Part shown: piece after piece, positions 1 to 11,400 of the stretch
Numbering within the stretch: position 1 is the first letter of the stretch
Layout of the letters: each line of letters starts with the position of its first letter
Assembly: GCA_000934665.2 (NCBI GenBank)
Contig: JYFJ02003250.1
Location: forward strand, 1 to 44,554
DNA: 44,554 nucleotides
Direction of reading: 5' to 3'
From: Catajapyx aquilonaris
Lineage: Eukaryota
Notes under the pieces: generated by a model
What the model was told of the DNA's origin: nothing
The model's input: only the letters and a program-made list of their open reading frames with translations
The model's database searches: none
Made by a program: the position numbers and the translations under genes

Positions 1-288
1 CAACTACTTGAGCACACGTGAACAGGAACTTACTCTTCTTACTATAAATTGACAGAAGCGTCTGCTACTTAGGCGTACGCGTGGCATTAGATCTGGACAG
101 CCCATGGACACTTCTATCCCAGCGCAATAGAAAAGGCCGATCCGTTATTCCTTCCCGCAGCGGCGCTAGTAAAACAATGGAATCTCGCTGTGCGTGTCGT
201 TCATTCGCCATAACAACTATAGCGACGATAGCGACCCTCCTCCCGATTACTAGGTTTATCAGCGACCCCCCTCCCGAATACTACCGAT

Positions 289-449
289 CACGGTCTTAGC
301 TACCGATAGCGTATACCAAGATGGCCGCAATATGGAGATGTTCACGATCCAGGTCACATCATGGCCACCTCCAGTCAGCGCCACGGCGGGAATGAGTAAC
401 GGAACGCAAAATGGCGGCGAGTTTCCCGACCTCTCCTTCTAAGACCGTG
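289..449. mobile_element. Possible short non-autonomous DNA element (CAC...GTG termini) upstream of methyltransferase 1
   Basis: 11-bp inverted repeat CACGGTCTTAG (289-299) / CTAAGACCGTG (439-449) flanked by GAT on both sides (286-288, 450-452). An alternative 8-bp direct repeat GATCTGGA (90-97, 450-457) makes the boundaries uncertain. Confidence 0.3.
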
Positions 450-651
450 GATCTGGATGACATGAAAGTGCCTGCTAATTGCTGACGTGACATTATCCTA
501 AAGTGCGCAGGCGCCACATATACATACTGTGCGGTTGACGTTGCAAATTTTCAATCAGCTGATGGCTTCTCACTAGTTTGAGAAAGACGTATTGTTTTGA
601 TTGTGTGTGAACTTCGAGGGCCAGAGAAAGACAGGGGACGGATACCGCAGG

Positions 652-2460
652 ATGAGCCACAGGTACTTCGAAGGAGCAGACCATGCACGGACCTACGCCC
701 AGTTCAGACCCCATGCTCCCAAATCAGTCGCAGACACCGTCGTTGCCTGTCTGAAGCAGAAGGTATTACATAATGTGGCTCAAATTGGTGGTACCGGCTG
801 GCATGTACAACAATTTATTTCCCTCGTCATTAGTACGACGGTGCTCTGAGTAAAGCCATTGATGTTGGGTGCGGCAGCGGACAGAGCACCATGGCACTGG
901 CATCGCATTTCCAGTGTGTCTTGGGTGTTGACGTGAGTGCGTCGCAGATTGAGGAGGCCAAGAGCATGCCAAAACCAGCTGACGCTACAGGGAAGGTTGA
1001 GTTTGCGGTCTCTCCAGCTGAGACTTTGCCTCTGGATGACTGTTCTGTGCAGCTGGTGTCTGCTGGGGTGGCCTACCACTATTTCGATGCTGCCAGGTTT
1101 GCGCAGGAGGTCCAGAGGGTTCTGCAGCCCAACGGAGTTGTCGCTGTTTACATCTACGACCTTCCACGAATTAATCATCCAAATGGAGAGCGTTTGAAGG
1201 CTGTTATTGACGAGGCAGGTTGAAATAATCGTAAAGGTTGGTTTCGATGGGTTGTAATGTTGATGCTCTGATTCAGTTCTTCATGCAAACCTCCACCAAT
1301 ACTGGTTCCATGGTAATGAAGGAGTTAAGGGAACGGTATGAGCAATTTGCGCCATTTCCAGAAGTTATCAAGTAAGTTGTTTAGAATATGCATTGTTGGA
1401 GATATCCAATTTATCGACAAGAAAGTTGTACTGATGCCTGATGCAGATGTTTAAAAAGTGTCAGCAACTTTTATTTCAGCAAAGAGCAATGCGTCGTCGG
1501 GAATGCAAAACCTCTTTTCTCACGATAATGTCATTTTACAGGACAAGGAAAAACATGTTCGTGCAACACCTCGCAAAATTTCTGCTTACACGGTAGATGA
1601 GTGCCTTGCAAAACCTCCTATAGATTAACTTTTCTTTGTGGGTTTATTGCATCATTATTGTTTGACAATACTTAATCCTGTCGTCATGAAGAGGTGCAGT
1701 ACCTCATGGGCATAAGTGTAGGTATGGTAACTGCCTTACTTAAGCCTACGTGATCACAAACAGGAATGGCCGCCATTGTGGCTGGTGAAAGAAATACGAG
1801 GTCTTGCCACCGATCTCGGTTAGCTGTTGGTGACGTGGTTTTGCCACGTGACCTAAACACCCACTCTCATTGGTCCGAAAAGTACGAGCTTTTTCAGGTC
1901 GACATGGACAATTTTTCGGCACACAACTACATGAGTAACTCTATTTCAGCCAAATTGCGAGTTACGAGGTTTTGCATTGCCGACGACGAATGGCATTTCG
2001 ATCATATTGATTCATTTTGAATGAAGTACTAATGATATTGAGACAGTTACGTCATATGCAACTGAAGAATTTTTTTGCCGTGGCAGACTATAAGTTTATG
2101 TTGATCAAGTTAAATGATAACTAACTGGTTTAATTTTACAGGGATGAGAGTTGCTTTGCAACGGTGAAGGGCACTGGATCGTGGCTGAAAGGTCTGGTCA
2201 TGTCTTGGAGCCCTGTAGATAAATACTACAAGAAACATGGTGAAGATGAAGGGAATCGTTTTGTGGATGAATTTTGTCAAAAGTTGGTACCAGCCGAGTG
2301 AATCTCATAATTCATTGCATTTTTCCAGTTGAAGGGGCGTTATGACATGATTTTTTCCCACAGAGTTTTGAATGAAATGGGAGCTACAACTGCCCTGGAA
2401 GACACCCCCATGGAACTGATATTTTATTATGGCATCTGGATGAGCCGGAAGCCACAGTGA
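652..2460 (+). CDS. Class I SAM-dependent methyltransferase (Methyltransf_11, DDB_G0268948-like), paralogue 1; exons 652-762, 834-1214, 1277-1371, 2142-2282, 2364-2460
   Basis: Spliced frame MSHRYFEGADHARTYAQFRP..., motif I AIDVGCGSGQST, GVDVSASQI, SVQLVSAGVAYHYFD...EVQRVLQPNG, ends MSRKPQ*. Intron phases are consistent (intron 2 needs a GC donor) and the structure is collinear with paralogue 3. Confidence 0.9.
1492..1988. mobile_element. Inverted-repeat-bounded insertion (MITE-like) expanding intron 3 of methyltransferase 1
   Basis: CGTCGTCGGGAATGCAAAACCTC (1492-1514) vs GAGGTTTTGCATTGCCGACGACG (1966-1988), 22/23 inverted match. This intron is 770 bp versus under 100 bp in the two paralogues. 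No clear TSD. Confidence 0.55.
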
Positions 2461-2858
2461 GACATGTAATGATGATGTGGATTAACACTGCCACAAATTA
2501 TTGGGACCATTGATTTTTTCATGATTACACTCTGATTAGATGAATCTAGAATAATATTTATCACAAGGTCGTCAAGGATGAAACTGATTATTATCTATCA
2601 GCTATGTACAAAACCAGCTATCAATCACACTTTAATCAGCCTAGATTGCGACCTGTAAGAGAATCGAATAACCCCACTTCATAATAATGTATTGCAAAAC
2701 TTATACAGCTTGAAAATAATAATAATTGGTGATAATATAGTTCAGAGAATGCGCTTGAGAAGAATCTTGTCTTACTCATTTATCATCAAGATTATAAAGC
2801 AATTCATAGCATCCACATGCCTTTAGGAGTTTAGGAGAAGAAACAATTAGTAAGCAAG

Positions 2859-4016
2859 ATGAGCCACCGGTATTATGCATGTTCTCCTCATGCACAGGCA
2901 TATGCAGAATTTTGACTCAGTACCCCACAATGTGTGTCTGATAAAATTATTCCGCTCCTGAAAGAAAAGGTAAGTTGCATGTTTTGTACCTAACATGTTG
3001 GAATTCAATTACATTATGTTAATGCTGTGCCTTAGTACACAGGCCCACTGGAAATGGCTGTTGATGTTGGATGCGGCAGTGGACAGAGCACCATGTTGCT
3101 CTCCAAGCATTTTGAGAAAATCTTGGGAGAAGGCATAAGTGCATCTCAAATCAAAGAAGCAAAGAATTACTCTCTGCTAGTGAAGTTGCAGGGAAGATTG
3201 AATTTCCAGTTGCATCCGCTCAAAAACTTCGGTGCAGTTGGAATCTTCAGGGGTGGCCTTCCACTACTTCAATGCTACCAAATTCATGAAGGAAGTACAG
3301 AGAGTACTGCAACCTAATGGAATTGTGGCATATACTACTACAATATTCCACAAATTGTCTGTGCAAAAGAAGGTTGTCTGCAACTTGTTATTAGGGAACT
3401 AAGTTGAAGAGAGAACCTGTCGTCTGTTGCATCTGATGACTTGTTAATTGCTTCGTCTAATTTTGGTGTGCAGTTTAAAAAAAATTTGACCAGAGCCTAC
3501 ATGTGCCTACAGTTTTAAGACCATAAAGGAGAAATATGACCAGTTCTCTCCATTATCAGAAGTTATCAGGTAAATCGTTTCTGTAAATTTTGATGACACC
3601 TCATTTGTGTCTTACTTTTAATCATTCTGTTTAGGGACAATAGTTGCTCAGAAACATTGAAGGGCACTGGAACTTTGTTACCAAGCCTGATGAGGACGTG
3701 GGCCCCTTTTGAAGCTTTACTACCAACGCAAGGGTGAAACTGAAGGGAACGGTGTGATCGAAGAATTTTTACAAAGGTTCGTAGTCAGTGCAATATGTGA
3801 GGGTCACTTATGGTCACATGCACCAGCCTGTTCCTGGCTGGCAGCTACAGTGCAATCAAAGCTACTCTCTGGTTGTTTCATGGCTTAATTATTGCATGGT
3901 TGTTCTTGCTTCTTTGCAGAATATTGGATGAGATGGAAGCCAAAAATCCACTGGAAGAAACACCAATCGAGCTAGTGTTCAATTATAAAATTCTGATGAG
4001 CCGGAAGACACTGTGA
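2859..4016 (+). pseudogene. Methyltransferase paralogue 2, pseudogene
   Basis: MSHRYYACSPHAQAYAEF then in-frame TGA (2913-2915) where paralogues have Arg. Exon 2 is frameshifted (homologous GKIEFPVAS and GVAFHYFNA...EVQRVLQPNG are out of frame with AVDVGCGSGQST). GVDVS is changed to GEGIS and the intron 2 donor reads CTAAGT. The last exon ILDEMEAKNPLEETPIELVF...RKTL* is still recognisable. Confidence 0.85.
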
Positions 4017-4634
4017 GATAAAATAATAATTGAATGCACACGTGTGATGCCAATTAAAATGGCAATATAATGAATACCATGTGATTTAAAACTCATTGTA
4101 GGTAAGTTATGTGATAGTTTAAAAACATACAGAGTTGGGTTTATTAATGGGTTTCACTCACTTATCCGCAAGGGGGCTTGGAACAAATTATGTAGGCTAT
4201 TTTGTGACCGAATGTATGGCAATTTGAAGTGACAATAATAAAATATTAGCAAGTTCTATTTCTTAATTTTTATAAATGAAAATATGTATAACGTGTTGCT
4301 AATATGCTAATATTGTGAGCTGTATTGGCTGCATTATCTTGATGGCAGACTACATAATTGATAATAATTATGTCATTACAAATGTGTGAGAATAATCCAC
4401 AGAGATGTGCACAGTAAATTCTGCAGGTTATCAACCTGTAGTGTACTGTAGAGGATGTCACTGCACCACACAGTCCTGAGGAAGTTCAAGGTGAACTGCT
4501 TGACTGATTAATATGCTTATCATGCAGTCATAATGTGGCAGATTGCCAAGGCTACACACTAACTGGCAGTAAGGTTCATGCGCATGTGAGAAACGTCATA
4601 TGTAGCTGGCACTAGTGCAAGTACAGGCATCAAC

Positions 4635-5766
4635 ATGAGCCACAGGTATTTTGAAAGTACTCCACATGCACAAGCATATGCTCAGTTTCGACCATGCATG
4701 CCGCAGTCATTAGCAGACAAAATTGTGTGGTTCCTGAAACAAGATGTAAGTTCGACACTGTTTATGGCTTGATGTGTTGCATGTTAGTGTCACATATACG
4801 ACAGTGTCCTAGTGTTGTGCCTTAGTATTCAGGTCCACTGAAGATGGCCATTGATGTGGGCTGTGGCAGTGGACAGAGCACAATGGCTCTGGCTACACAT
4901 TTTGATTACGTTTTGGGAGTGGATGTCAGTCCATCACAAATCGAGGAGGCAAAAAATAGAGTGAAACCACCTGATGTAAAGGGAAAGGTTGAATTCAGAG
5001 TGAGTCCTGCAGAAAAGCTGCCCATTGAGGATAATTCAGTGCAGCTGGTGTCAGCAGGAGTGGCTTTTCACTTCTTCGATGGAGCCCAGTTTATGAAGGA
5101 GGTACAGCGAGTACTGCAACCAAATGGAGTGGTGGCTGCTTATGTGTACAATTTCCCACGCCCACTTCACCCCAAGGGAGATCAAGTACAGGAGATGATA
5201 AAACAGGCAAGTGAGACGTACTTTTTTGTACATTAAAGTATTACTAAAAATTATCTTGTTACTCAGTTTTTCTTCAAGTATGCCTTTAGTGCAATTGGCA
5301 CTTACCCATTAATAAAGGACAAGTATGATGCTTTCACTCCATTTCCAGGAATGATCAAGTATGTCTTGCTTTTCATATGAGAAGACGAATTCTTCATTTT
5401 AGTCAACAATAGCAATAATTCACATGACTAATTTCTTTGACATAGAGATGAGAGTTGTTTTGCTGAACTGAAGGGTACTGGATTGACCTTGAGAGGTCTG
5501 ATGAGGTCATGGAGCAGTGTGGAAGCTTACTATCAACAGCACGGAGAAGAAGAAGGCAATCACCTGATTGGCACATTTTGCCAAAGGTTGGTGTGATGCA
5601 GCCTGCCTTTTTGTGTGCTTTTTCTCTAGGGTTACATTACCAACGTCTGCCTTTTCTTTCATGCTGCAGTGTCTTGGATGAGATGGGCGCCAAGAGTTCT
5701 TTAGAGGAAACACCAATGGAACTTGTCTTTCAATATGATCTTCGATTGGGCCGAAAACCTACATGA
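4635..5766 (+). CDS. Class I SAM-dependent methyltransferase, paralogue 3; exons 4635-4745, 4826-5206, 5267-5358, 5446-5586, 5670-5766
   Basis: MSHRYFESTPHAQAYAQFRP..., AIDVGCGSGQST, GVDVSPSQI, SVQLVSAGVAFHFFD...EVQRVLQPNG, ends LGRKPT*. Same intron positions and phases as paralogue 1; AATAAA at 5893-5898. Confidence 0.9.
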
Positions 5767-7470
5767 GGAGTGCGGTACATTTATGATCATGTTAGTGTTT
5801 GGCACATAAGCAATATTATGTTTTAAAGTAAATAGGTTTTAGTTATTTTCACATTTTGTAAGGTGAAACTGATGCAGTACAACCAAGGGCTCAATAAAGT
5901 TAGGATATTATGTGATTTTTGCATGCATTACTTGACAATATCATCCAAGGGGTTGATCATTCCTCATTGACCAATCCTGGCCCCACTCTTCCATTATTTA
6001 TTTGTAATTATTGGGATGTGTGCGTGTGTGGGATGCAGAGATTTAAATGAGTTGATTGATCCACTGCTTCTGGAAAGGCTAGATAAATAATTATGAGCCA
6101 TCACAGGATTATATTCTTGCTTGAAACATCAGGACAAAAGTGGCGCTAGATTATGATAGGATTATTGGTTGATCCCACCCGAAAAAAATTTAACATCATT
6201 CTGTGGAGGTAATATTTGAAGTAATGACCGATTTATTAATTTGGTACAAGGTCTCTTGTTTCTGACATTCTCCATATTGCATTTACACACGGCTTCAAAA
6301 ATTATGCCGGGTATATCTATAACCGAATATAATATTGTCATAATGAGCATTCAAATGGTATTTTGTTGAGCATTCAAATGGCTACCTTTCTATGGACCTT
6401 GAAAATTGTGGGTAATACAGGGCGGGATAGCAATATGGGGTAATAGTTCCTGATTAGCTGCTATTTGAATGCATTTGACATAAAAATATGAAGATTGTGC
6501 ACATATCCTCCAGCTGCTGCCAAAGGTGAAGATGTGATACAGTGATTCGTGCCTGATATCTGCTGTGATAACACCAGAAGGTTAGTTCGCTTCCTATTTT
6601 CATCGATCTGTTGGCGTACAGTGGGACAACATTCTTCATAAAGATAATGTTTATTCCACATTTGTGCTAAAACTGTACATTGAAAATTTTCTAGAATAAG
6701 AAAGACTTATTCATGACAGGATCAGTATCACATGATCACAATAATATATTAATTATAATTAGCATGCACTGAAGTTGTATGGGTAACTTTAAAACAGTAA
6801 CAGCACATGATTGTGCAATGTATGACCTTTTCCGATTTGCCTGATATCAATGGTGGCACTGATAGTAGTTGACCAAATAATCTACAAAGTTTGTTTAGTT
6901 CATTGGAGTCAGGATAAATTTTCAGGTGAACATTATTATCAGCCTGCTGTGTAGTCTACGATTAGTAGTTTCGCTGTATTTTTTTGCTGAAAGTTATACT
7001 ATAGGCTCAATAGGGGTATAGGGCAGTTATGTTCAAGGTTATGATGCAAATGCAACATCACACATACGCGCCAAATATGAATAGGTCTTCCGGGGGACTG
7101 CTGCTGCTGGCTGATACCAAACAAACAAGGAAAACCAGGGCCTCCAATGGGGCCTGCCTTGGAAAAATTTCAACTGATGTGGTGAGAGATAAGGGGAGGT
7201 TTGCTTCCTGGAGATAGAGGGCTGTACCATGTCGGACATGTTTTCCTCCTTAATTTGAACTTATGTTATCGACATTAAGGCTATCCTAAGGCATGTTGTT
7301 TTCGAAAAAATTTCGCATGTGGCAAATTGATCTCGCCAAAAGTCAGGCAGAATAGGACGAAGTAAATAGGAATGATTGGTGGGTCAGTTCCCAAGAGCAG
7401 ATGTACAGTAGGCCTACAGTATAATAGAGCATGTTATCCTGTGGTGAGGATGTATCTAACTTATATCGTA

Positions 7471-7704
7471 CAGTGTTGTGAAAAATACACGTAATTGTAA
7501 CACCTTGGATTTTCAAAGCGATGCTTTTCTGGGGTTTTTATTCTCGAGTGCAACAACAATCGCAATCTGATCACAATATAATAATGCCATAAATGCAGCT
7601 TCCTGAAGAGTGTAACATTATTGTGGTCGTGGTTTTACTCGGGGAAAAAATAAACATATAGACTTGGAAAAATGCTAAGGCGACTATTATTTTTCACAAC
7701 ACTG
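7471..7704. mobile_element. MITE-like element with 17-bp terminal inverted repeats
   Basis: CAGTGTTGTGAAAAATA (7471-7487) / TATTTTTCACAACACTG (7688-7704), perfect match. No convincing TSD. Confidence 0.5.
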
Positions 7705-7938
7705 TTCTTCAAGAACGTGCCCTTATACAGGTATCAAAAATTCAAAATGTAATGTGACATCGCTCTTTGAAGAACATACTACACGCAAATCGGTCCTGTG
7801 AAAGGAAAATCCACGTCGATGTAAGTCAAGCCTGTCGGCTTATTCATTCTGACTACGATTCTGACTATGTTCTGCAACCTCACCGCACGTGTGGCATAAC
7901 TTTCATGCTGCAGCAATGTAATATAATCACATCGGGCA

Positions 7939-8228
7939 ACCGAAGCAGTTTGGAGTAGGGGATACGGTGTCCGATTGCTAATGGGGAGGTCCTGGGATCA
8001 AATCCCGGGGCCGGCAACTCTGACCGTGGTTTTCTGTGGTTTCCCACTGTCCTTCCAGGAAAATTCTGGAGTTGTTTCCGTAATTAATAGGCCACAGCCG
8101 CTTCCTTCCGTCCCTATATCCTATCCCATAAAGCGCAGTAAAATGAAAGCAAAGAGTTCCAGGCAAAACAAAACTTCCCCCCTAAAGAGCCGATAGGCTG
8201 ATAACGGGGTATGAATTATTATTATTAT
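7939..8228 (+). mobile_element. tRNA-derived SINE, copy 1
   Basis: Degenerate Pol III A/B boxes (B-like GGATCAAATCC), (ATT)n tail, 15-bp TSD TAATCACATCGGGCA at 7924-7938 and 8229-8243. Aligns end to end with the copy at 33508-33803. Confidence 0.9.
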
Positions 8229-8482
8229 TAATCACATCGGGCATGTCAATTGCGTCATCCTTACAGGAACAAAAGCGAAAACGAGGGAATCAAATGCCCG
8301 TTTCTTATTTTGTATCAACACTAAAACACAAGAAGTGCATAAAATATATAATTATAGTTTACTATGACGGTCACATGTAGAAACGGCCAATCCCACATCG
8401 CAAGAACAAAATTAATGAGCCAGTTCATTAGCTCATGAGAAGCGCTTGGTTCTCCAATAACGCACAATCGCAGTTCTTCCGG

Positions 8483-11400
8483 TCAGTAATGCCTGATGAT
8501 CAGCGTGGACGTGATCCTGGAGCTGTGCTCGACATGAAAGTCCTTCACAACCCGATAACAGGTGCACATGTCCTGAGCCACGAACAGAGCCGCGGACAGC
8601 GTCGTCGGGGGAGAGGGCAGGAAGAACGTCATGTGCAGAGAGTTGTGGTAATGCACGTGGGCCGGGCGCCCCAGACACTCGATCATGAGGACCTTGAGTT
8701 GATCCACTTCCCACGGGAAGTCCTCCACCACTTGGGCCTCCAGGTACAGGTGCACTTCCACCAGTCCCACTGGCTGCTTGTGCATTTCGCTTCCGATTGG
8801 CATCGGCGCTTCCTTCTTGGACTCTACCGACTCTTTCGACACGTTGCGTCTCCTCCTGAGGTACTCGTTCCCCAAAATCTCGGTCTCGGATTCGGTCTTC
8901 TGGACCCCCGGCTTCAGCTCCGACTGCCAGGAGTTCACGCTGGATGCTCGCAGGATGGACTCCAGGCGACCTCCGGGTCCCAGCACTGCCACTCGGTCGC
9001 ACAGAGCCTCGCAGGAACCCCAGCCAAGCCCGGAACCACTCCCGACCTGCCAGGGCGCACATGTTACTCCACCTGCTACTTTCAAGAAACAATTGCGCTG
9101 ACGATTAGAGCTGCATGGTATTACCAGGAGGATTCCCGATTTCCGCGTCTTTTTGAGCTCCCTGATGGCTCTTCGGAGGGACGCCCTTCCTCGGACGCTG
9201 TCGTGCAGGTCCCTGAGGGGATTGTGCAGAAGGACCAAGGGAAGGGTGCCCATGGCTGCCTGGGCGATCCGGAGGAGCTGCTGGTAGGAGCTGGCCAGGT
9301 GCCCAGTCCTGACCCTGAGGTGGGCAGGACCCAACCCGACTATTCTGGCCCACCTTTTGGCCTGCAGCCTGGACTCCCCTTCCTCCAGGCCCCGCATCAG
9401 GCCGATCATCCAGAGACTCTCGGCCGCGGTCAGCTCGGCGCAGAACCCCAGGCCTTCCCCGGGGCAGAACCCAACCTTGGTCGGCCACCCGTCCCCGATT
9501 CCGTCCACCCAGATGCCCATAGTCCGCCTCTGCCCGGACACTATCTCGGCCAGCCTGCTGGTTCCCTCGGGGTCACCCACCACGGCCACGCACTCTCCCT
9601 TCCTCTGGGCCAGAGACATTCCGTGGACCTGAAATAACTCGACGAGGGTCACGATGGGTCACTGCAGGTTCATCCCATTCCTCTTATTACCTGCCTGAGC
9701 ACCAGGGCCCATCCGCAGCCGGCTTCGACCTGGCCCATTTCCAGAAGTCGGTTGACCCTGTACCTCTCGAAGCAGGCTGAGCTCTGCCCGATCCAGGGCG
9801 CCCCTTCTGAGTCGGCCTCATCCTGGCAGGCTTCCTTCAGGCTGGAGGGCCTCCTGCGAGCTTTCTTCCAGCCCATCTTGCCTTTCCACCAGAGGAAGAA
9901 GGCCAGCAGCAGAACCTGGGAGACCAGCACGGCGCTGTCTTGAAACACCCCAGGAGCCTGTATCTCGACGCCCCGCTGTCCTCCACCGGCTGAGCGGAGC
10001 GCATCTTCTTCCGGCTCATCCTCCCAATCTTCCTCGCCCGTGTCCAATTTCCACCACTGGAAGTCCTCCTCTTTAGGGGCGCGCTTGTCCTGCAACACCC
10101 AGATGGAGTTCTCCTCTCCCATGTCCTTCTCTCGGTACTCGGTCATGTTCACCTTCCAAGCCAGCAGGCGGGACTGGTTTGCGCAGGGTTTGTCACCGCA
10201 GGACCAGGCTGTCGACGCATATAGTAACACAGAGGGATGTCACAATTAACAGGCAAGCTAATATAAACCACACCACTTTTCACTTACCGCAACATCGGTA
10301 GTTGGTGTTGGCAACGAAGTCCCGGCTGTACTTGATGGTGGAAGGGGGCTCGAGCATCTCGCAAGCGGTGTATACCACCGACTTTGAGAGCAGGTCGCAG
10401 CGGCCGTTCAGGGCCATCAGGAGGAGCAACCTGGCGAACCCGTCCCCGAGGGTGAATCCTGGGAAGGCGACCATCAGGACGATCCTAACAAATTCCACTA
10501 CTCTCCAGGGGATGCGGAGGACCTCGGAGTACAGCGCCCGCACCATGACAGGCGCCACGGTAGCGGTGCCGATGTGGAGAAAGGTGAGGAACGTCGTGCT
10601 CTTTCCGCCCAGGATCAGCATGTAGCCCCAGCCCCACATCAGCAGGCTGCAGATGCCAAGCATTGGCACAATCCACACCGCCACTGTAAACACCAACGAG
10701 TCGAAATGGCTGCAGCTGTAGAGTGGACATAACAGTACCGATGCAGGGGGAATCATAACTGCAGGTCGTCCAGCCTCCAGTGGCTAGACTGGCAGAAAAC
10801 AAGGCTACGATGTAGAGGTTAGAAATTCCGAGAAGCAAACTGCTAACGACTTATAGACGGCCATGAACATTGGGGTGCCCCTGATCAGATACGCACTGCC
10901 ACTCCCGCATTGCACCTTCACCACTTCACGCCTACATGCTAGACTTGTTTTGGGCCAATCCATCCACTGCCATGTTCCGAAAGACCGTGCACGTACGACT
11001 CCACGTCAAAAGAAAGTTGCGGACAGACGTGCCCTAGAAAGGTACCCCCTCACCCCCTGCCCTTGTCTAGAGTCCTGATGGTTGTTTATAAGGCGCCAGG
11101 ACACACACAGACGATGTCCGAAACTTTCTTTGACATCGACTACTCCTTCATGCGCATGTTGCGTATACCAAAGGCTTCTGGCTCAATGATATCGTTGTAA
11201 ATCAAGTTGACCAGGGAGGTGGCGACGAGGGAGATAGAGAGGATGATCGGCATGTGGGCCATCAGATAGGCCATGGCCATGGTCATCGGCCGGGATACGG
11301 GCGCGGCCATGTGGATGTGCATCGACAGGTTCCTCGCCTGCTTCAGAACCGGGTGCATCAAGGCACCGGCGAGCAGCGACATCGCCACGACTAAAACAAC

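Noticed and set aside
2913..2915. In-frame TGA as possible selenocysteine or read-through
   Set aside because: It aligns to Arg (CGA/AGA), not Cys, and the same copy has frameshifts and a broken splice donor.
8435..9637. 400-aa + strand ORF (and other long ORFs at 12091-12654, 13118-13666) antisense to ABCA
   Set aside because: Shadow ORFs of GC-rich coding sequence with no recognisable motifs; the - strand frame carries the ABCA landmarks.
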